Below are positions 58,277 to 64,000 of a stretch of DNA of 64,000 bases, piece after piece; positions within the stretch are counted from its first letter, which is position 1; every line of letters begins with the position of its first letter. The translations under genes were made by a program, and so were the position numbers. The notes under the pieces are model-generated. The model saw nothing but the letters and a program-made list of their open reading frames with translations. It ran no database searches and was not told the origin of the DNA. Source of the stretch: an uncultured Candidatus Saccharibacteria bacterium (lineage in GTDB: Bacteria > Patescibacteriota > Minisyncoccia > UBA6257 > 2-01-FULL-56-20); assembly GCA_964360585.1 (NCBI GenBank), contig CAYHXC010000002.1, positions 5,641 through 69,640 of the forward strand, written 5' to 3'.

Positions 58277-60502
58277 CTATAAACCCAAGGCGCGAAGGAT
58301 AGGCAGGAGCTCCTCATAACGAGGCGTAGTCGCTAAATCCACCTCTCTCATCACCTCTTGAATCTCCGCTCTCGCCTTATCACGCTCGCCGTTCAGATAA
58401 TAAGCCACGCCCAGTTTTATTTTTACCTCAACATTCTCACCATCCAAAATCTTCGCCGCTTCGTAGATCGTGACTGCTTCTTTCAGGTGTCCTGCGTCCG
58501 CATAAAATCCTGCCACTGTGAGCGGTTCATTCACCGTCTTCCACTTCCGGCCCAGACGGATCGCCTCTTCTATACTTTCATACCCCTGTTTCGCATCGCC
58601 CACCGCAAACGAAAGTAAGCCGTAGTAAAAATGCGCGTCGGGCACGCGAGGATTGAGATCCAATCCTTTCTTGACCAAAGCCAGAGCTTCATCATTTTTT
58701 CCCTGGAGAGATTTTGTCTTGGCGAGAGAGAAAATGACTTGCTGGCGATTCGGACTCAGTTCCAAAGCGCGTGCCGCCGCTGTCTCAGCTTTACTCAGGT
58801 ATGTCGGATCGATGCCGGAACTCTGGTTATACATATCTACCAGGGCATAAAAATTGTACGCATCGAAAGGATGGTCTTTACCAACCTGTTCCATCATGGC
58901 GATCGCCTCACGCACTGCTTCCGGCGGCACCTTATCGGAATTATAAAAATATGCTTCCGATATGGCACCGGCATAGTCTCGAACCATATTCCACGAGTAT
59001 GGACTATTGATCCCGATTGCCCTTGTGAAAAAATCGATAGCTACCAAGGGCCTCGTCCGGAAAGTTATAAATCCATGATACTGATAGTACGTGGCTCGCA
59101 AGGTCGGAATACTGACAAAGAAAACGAGAAGCAAGGCAACGCCGGCCGAGCTGTAAGCGAGAACTTGGCCTCCCCCGCTCAACACTTCCTTTCCTCTGTG
59201 TTTCTGAGGAACAACTTCTTGATTTGTGAGGAGCGCGTATCGTCGACTGGTAAGGCCGATCAAAAGATAAAAAATAATCAGCGCTCCCAGGGTTTCAAAT
59301 ATAAAAATATTTCCGAGAATATACGAAATAGTACCGGCAGTTATAACTTGTGCCCATAAGGTGTCGGTGCTCCGCCAAAGAACCAAGAAGAAAGCTCCCA
59401 TGAAAAAAAGATAGGCCAAAAAAAGAGCCGCGCCACCGGTAACTAAAAGCTCCAATATATAATTGTGCGGCTTATCAAAACGGGTTTCTTGATAACTAAG
59501 TTCGAGCGCCTTCGGATCGTAGTTTTTATTGAAGACAATATTGAAATTCTCCCAACCCCAGCCGAGAACCGGACGCTCGAGAAATCCCTGCCACGCGGCT
59601 CCCAAAGCAATGAGACGCGGCTGAAGATCGGCCTGATCCAAACTGATGGTCCGGAAGCGCTGCACTCCCGGAACGCTATCCCAAACAGCGTTTGTCCGTG
59701 TCAGCCAAAAGCCAGAAACACCGAGCACAAAAACGGCTACGAATGACAGATACATGAAGCGACGACTGAAAAATCCGGAAGTAACCGGCGCTTTCCAGGC
59801 AAACAACGCCGCCAAAACGAACAGTCCAACACCGAGACCCAAAATACTGCCACGAGTCTGCGTGTTGAAAAGACCGGCGACGAGAAAAAATTCCGCAAAT
59901 AATAGTGTTGTTTTTTCTCCGGACCGAGACGCCTTCAAGAAGTAATAGAGCGCCCAGAAAATATGGAGTGCGAGATAGGCGGCAAAAAAAGATGGGTTGC
60001 CAAAGGTGGCTCCGGGACGAGAGCCAATGGACTCATTCAAGAGCAGGTTGGGATTTGATAACTGGAGAATAGCTAAGATAACTATAAAGCAACACGTGCC
60101 AAGCGACACCCAAAATATTTTCTTCTCGTCGATTGCTTCTTTCAGACTGGCAACAACGAGGGCAAAGATCGCGGCATGCATGTAGGTAAAGACGCCGAGC
60201 ATCCGATCCTGCATAGACCAGAAACTGCGTAAAGGATCTACTCCGAACAGCGCCGTGAAAAGAAGTACTGCTATGAAAATAACGAGACCTAACGTGGCTG
60301 GCGTAAGCCGCGGACGAAAGCGACTCTCGTGAATAATGAGATATGCCCAGCAAGCCACGAGCAACTCCACGCCAATCCAAAAGAATACAGTTTTCGAGAG
60401 CGTATAGGGATAAACGCTTTCTCTTAGGTAGAAAAGCGGCGTCCCGACGAGAATGCCGTAGATGATCCAACGAATGATACCGAGGAGGGACGAAGAACTC
60501 AT
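58277..60502 (-). CDS. O-antigen ligase family protein with TPR repeats
   Basis: TFGNPSF, TQTRGS, LGWGWENF and FDKPHN motifs. Confidence 0.87.
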   Translation of the reverse strand: MSSSSLLGIIRWIIYGILVGTPLFYLRESVYPYTLSKTVFFWIGVELLVACWAYLIIHESRFRPRLTPATLGLVIFIAVLLFTALFGVDPLRSFWSMQDRMLGVFTYMHAAIFALVVASLKEAIDEKKIFWVSLGTCCFIVILAILQLSNPNLLLNESIGSRPGATFGNPSFFAAYLALHIFWALYYFLKASRSGEKTTLLFAEFFLVAGLFNTQTRGSILGLGVGLFVLAALFAWKAPVTSGFFSRRFMYLSFVAVFVLGVSGFWLTRTNAVWDSVPGVQRFRTISLDQADLQPRLIALGAAWQGFLERPVLGWGWENFNIVFNKNYDPKALELSYQETRFDKPHNYILELLVTGGAALFLAYLFFMGAFFLVLWRSTDTLWAQVITAGTISYILGNIFIFETLGALIIFYLLIGLTSRRYALLTNQEVVPQKHRGKEVLSGGGQVLAYSSAGVALLLVFFVSIPTLRATYYQYHGFITFRTRPLVAIDFFTRAIGINSPYSWNMVRDYAGAISEAYFYNSDKVPPEAVREAIAMMEQVGKDHPFDAYNFYALVDMYNQSSGIDPTYLSKAETAAARALELSPNRQQVIFSLAKTKSLQGKNDEALALVKKGLDLNPRVPDAHFYYGLLSFAVGDAKQGYESIEEAIRLGRKWKTVNEPLTVAGFYADAGHLKEAVTIYEAAKILDGENVEVKIKLGVAYYLNGERDKARAEIQEVMREVDLATTPRYEELLPILRALGL

Positions 60503-60684
60503 TTGAGTACCTACAGCTTACCTTACTAAACACTGTATTTTCAAACTGGCTGTCATAGCGCCTGCCCGGCCAGGGAGGAGCGTAGAGATGTGGCCATCTC
60601 TACAGTTACTTCTTCCTCGTCAGATTGCCACGCTCCCTTCTGGAGCTCGCAATGACATACTGGGTGAACTACTACCCGGAAAAC

Positions 60685-60716
60685 AAAACTCCCCCGCCCG
60701 AAGGCGAGGGAGTTTG
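60685..60716 (-). terminator. intrinsic terminator
   Basis: AAACTCCC-CCGCC-CGAA-GGCGA-GGGAGTTT hairpin with a U-tract on the minus strand. Confidence 0.7.
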
Positions 60717-60752
60717 TGACCTCTGAAGAACTAAGCTCTCCAGATACTCAGA

Positions 60753-63700
60753 TTACGTACCAGATGTGTACGAGACCGAGTTGATCGTAGTTGGCGGAGC
60801 GCCAGGACCAGTCGTTGGAAGACTGACGTTGGCAGTACCACCAGAAACGGCCGTCGTATAGGTCACGTCGGTACCCGCATTGATCTTGGCGTCAAGAGAT
60901 TTCGAGATGCCAGATGCGCCAACATTTGTGGTGTTGGTGAGGGTGTCAAGACGCAAGGTGAAGATCTTCGTCTGACCAGCACTGAGCGCATAACCAGCGA
61001 GGTTATACGAAATGCTTGTCGTTGAAGTTGCACCGGTCGCCTTGGTGTAGCTCGTGCCCGTACTTGGGTCGTAGAGAACCTGAGACGCACTGTCGAAGAA
61101 CGCCGTGCCTGATGGAGCGGTACCACTGTAAGTGATAGTCACTGTGTTCAGGAGCAACGCACCGGCAGCGTCAGCGGTAAAGCTGATGCTTCCCAAGTCA
61201 TCCGTAGTTGCCTTGTTTCGATTCGTGGTCGGACCACTTGCAGTCGTCGCAACCGTAAGTTTCGTTCGCAACACCGTCTGCGCATTGGCGTTCGGTGAGG
61301 ACAAACTCACAGCCGAAGCCGTGTTTGAGGTCAGACCCAAGGCCACAACGGTCTCGGTTGACGTATCGTTTGTCGTTTCAGTTGAAGTAGCGATCTTGAA
61401 CACGTGAGTCGTGTTATCGGTCGCACCGCTGTTCGCAAACGAGGAAACGTCACCCTTCAAAGTAACCGAGATCGAACCGCCAATCGGAACGATGATCGGT
61501 CGAGAAAGGTTGAACGAGTAGATGTAGCCAGCACCTGGGTTTGAGGTCGAGGCAGTCGTTGTCGGAGAGCCTGCAGTTCCCAAAAGACCAGTTGAGTCAT
61601 ACAAGGAAACGTTCGAGAAACCTGACTTGGTCGTCGAAGTAGCAGCAACCTGGTCGAGGATGTTAAGACTTGTGATCTTAATACTCTCAACGTTGGAAGT
61701 TTCCGTGAACCGATAGGTAGCCAAAGTGTTACCCGTGGAACCCATCACGAGCTGACCAGCAGCCGGAGAACCTGAGTCAAGAGCAACCTGGACGGTCGCC
61801 TGACCAGCGCCTCGGACCGACTGACCAGTGGCGGAACAACTCGTCACCGAAGTGAAGGTGGTTGCACCGGAACCGGCACAGTTGGTGATCGAAGTGATCG
61901 CCGGATAGGTTACGCCAGCAATGCCCGAGAGAGCATCCGCATACACATCAACGACTTTGGTCGTACCCGCCGGGACGTTCAATGCTCCCGAGAAGGTGTA
62001 CTGACCGCTCGCTGTAAGCGACGGCTGAGTGACACCAAACTGGGTTGAACCCACCATGAGGCGGAGGTTTGAGAACAAGGTCGAGGAAGCGCTGGTGGTG
62101 AGCGTGATTGAGGTCAAGTTCACACCTTCGGCCGACGAAGCGGTCAAAGAGTACGAACCGATCTTAGCACCTGACTGACTGGCTGCCACCGTCTGCGTTC
62201 CTACGCCAGAGTTGACAGTTGTGGTCAAGTTACTGGTCACGAGCGACAAAGCGCCACCCTGAACCGATCCGCTGTTTGCAGACTGGCTCGAGGTCAAGCC
62301 CTGCAAGTTGCTGGTGTTGCCAGTCAAGCGAGCCACAACCGTGCTGAAATCAGCCGTCGACTGAATATCGCCCTGGAGGGTGAGTACTCGAGTCGTGTTC
62401 GCCGGGATAATGTAGTTAATCGGCGAACCACTGCTCCCGAAACAGTTAACTGGCGACGAAGTTGCCGCACTGAACGAAGTGTCGGTACAGGTAGCGGTTG
62501 TCATCAGCGAGTTTACCGTCGAACCGACCTGTCCGCCCGCATCATCAACCAAGGCAATGTTCTTGATGGTGTTGTCCAAGTTGACTGTACCACCAGTGAA
62601 CGTCAAGCCAAAGGTCAACCACTTCACTTTAACCGGCTCGCCAGCTGCATAGATGGTGAACTTGGCCAGTTTGGTGGCTGAACCACCGCGAGCAATGTTG
62701 CCCGTTGGGGTGTCTGAAGCAAGTGACACCGTCAAGCTTCCCTGGTTGATCGTGATCTCAGTACCGTTACCGCCGCCGTTCGTAACTGTAGCCGCAATCG
62801 GCACATTGTACTGCGTATCTACAGCGTAGATATCGTAGGTGTTCAAGATCTGGAACTTGAAGGTGAAGCTCGGCGAACCCATCACATCAGCATAGATCTG
62901 CATGACGGTCGAACCAGTGTTGATTCTCACCGAGGAAGAACCTTGAGTGAGGTCAAAGTAGGCCGAACCATCAGACGCGACCATCGGCAACGTGTTGCCA
63001 ACCTGCACGCCGTTCAGGAACAGCTTCACGTTCTTGATATCGGTCTTGTTGGCCGAACCAGTAACTTTGAAGTTGATTGAGCGGGGCATGACGGCGCTGT
63101 TGCCAGCGGTCATGGTCCACTGTCCAACCAGCACGTTCTGCGTGCCAGCATAGACAGAGTTACCAACCGTTGACGAAGCGAGGGTTAAGGTCGCGATCGA
63201 CGGGTTGGAAACTGAAGTGATCGTGAAGACATTGCCGTTAACCGGGAAGAAACCTGTTGGGGTTACCACCTGATTGGAAGCGTCAACAGCGGTCACCATA
63301 GAACCGCTCGTCAAAGAGAACGAGACAGTATTACCAGCCGAGAGGTTAGTTGAAGGATCGATAGCTAACCAGAGCTTGCGCGTCTGACCAGCGCCAACCG
63401 ACAAATTCAAACCGCTGAAGGTAAGAACTCCCTGGTTCAACGAGGTGAATTGTGAGATGACCTGACCATTCTCGACGAGGTAAGCGCCGGAAATAGATCC
63501 GTCAGCCAAAACTCCCTGTTTGGTGAACTTGATCTCGGAAACGGTCACACCGCTCGAGTTGCCAGCAGTCAAATTGACGGCCAAAACCGGAACGCGAGCC
63601 GCAGCTGAGTTCGAAGACGAAATCAAAGCGCCCGCAACTGGATTGTCGGAAGCCAAGCCTACGACCAAACCTGAAGACGGAGCTGTTGGCGTACCAGTTC

Positions 63701-64000
63701 CAGTTCCGCTTCCGGAACCAGTTCCAGTGCCTGTGCCAGTACCGGTGGACATCATCGAAGCCATTTTAGCTCGGGTGAGGTTTCCGTAGTAACCAGCTGC
63801 TGGGGAAACATTGTTCGCTGCCTGCCATGCGGCCAAGGCTGCTCTCGTTAAAGATCCAAAATATTCCGTAGCGGCAGAAATCTTAAGATAACCACCGTTG
63901 ATCAGAATCTGTTGAAGAGCCTTAACGCCAGGACCTGTACTACCGACCGTGAGGGGGGCGATAGGAAGGTCTGTTGTGGCCATTGAACCACCAGTCGAAC
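60753..64000 (-). CDS. large Ser/Thr/Gly-rich surface (S-layer-like) protein with peptidoglycan-binding domain, N-terminus outside the window
   Basis: LTVGSTGPGVKALQQIL..YFGSLTRAALAAWQ domain, GT linker and repeated beta-rich modules. Confidence 0.85.
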   Translation of the reverse strand, partial: STGGSMATTDLPIAPLTVGSTGPGVKALQQILINGGYLKISAATEYFGSLTRAALAAWQAANNVSPAAGYYGNLTRAKMASMMSTGTGTGTGTGSGSGTGTGTPTAPSSGLVVGLASDNPVAGALISSSNSAAARVPVLAVNLTAGNSSGVTVSEIKFTKQGVLADGSISGAYLVENGQVISQFTSLNQGVLTFSGLNLSVGAGQTRKLWLAIDPSTNLSAGNTVSFSLTSGSMVTAVDASNQVVTPTGFFPVNGNVFTITSVSNPSIATLTLASSTVGNSVYAGTQNVLVGQWTMTAGNSAVMPRSINFKVTGSANKTDIKNVKLFLNGVQVGNTLPMVASDGSAYFDLTQGSSSVRINTGSTVMQIYADVMGSPSFTFKFQILNTYDIYAVDTQYNVPIAATVTNGGGNGTEITINQGSLTVSLASDTPTGNIARGGSATKLAKFTIYAAGEPVKVKWLTFGLTFTGGTVNLDNTIKNIALVDDAGGQVGSTVNSLMTTATCTDTSFSAATSSPVNCFGSSGSPINYIIPANTTRVLTLQGDIQSTADFSTVVARLTGNTSNLQGLTSSQSANSGSVQGGALSLVTSNLTTTVNSGVGTQTVAASQSGAKIGSYSLTASSAEGVNLTSITLTTSASSTLFSNLRLMVGSTQFGVTQPSLTASGQYTFSGALNVPAGTTKVVDVYADALSGIAGVTYPAITSITNCAGSGATTFTSVTSCSATGQSVRGAGQATVQVALDSGSPAAGQLVMGSTGNTLATYRFTETSNVESIKITSLNILDQVAATSTTKSGFSNVSLYDSTGLLGTAGSPTTTASTSNPGAGYIYSFNLSRPIIVPIGGSISVTLKGDVSSFANSGATDNTTHVFKIATSTETTNDTSTETVVALGLTSNTASAVSLSSPNANAQTVLRTKLTVATTASGPTTNRNKATTDDLGSISFTADAAGALLLNTVTITYSGTAPSGTAFFDSASQVLYDPSTGTSYTKATGATSTTSISYNLAGYALSAGQTKIFTLRLDTLTNTTNVGASGISKSLDAKINAGTDVTYTTAVSGGTANVSLPTTGPGAPPTTINSVSYTSGT

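Overview
This is chromosomal DNA of a CPR/Patescibacteria (Parcubacteria-like) bacterium using the standard genetic code. The lineage is inferred from gene content and style, not from a database search. It holds housekeeping genes (CCA-adding enzyme, single-chain PheRS, murD/murL, gatCA, ligA, HU), a surface-glycan cluster (wzm/wzt, glycosyltransferases, O-antigen-ligase-like proteins), a type IV pilus/competence locus, an ECF sigma module, a large surface protein, six intact tRNA genes and an accessory island next to tRNA-Asp. Six features stand out. (1) A complete tRNA-Pro(CGG) gene is nested in the anticodon loop of a second tRNA-Pro gene, bounded by CCCGTTAGA..TCTAACGGG inverted repeats. 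(2) The same repeats define ~110-bp elements with 6-bp target duplications that sit on start codons. (3) Two DGR-type variable-protein genes form tandem cassettes, each anchored on a copy of the pheS 3' end, with no reverse transcriptase in the window. (4) A PaaX/Cas2-like gene is bracketed by two near-identical ~40-bp palindromes. (5) A strand-oriented structured repeat follows stop codons in the pilus locus. (6) There are G-rich heptamer arrays around a four-helix-bundle gene and a circularly permuted DsbA. All calls were made by reading the sequence by eye.
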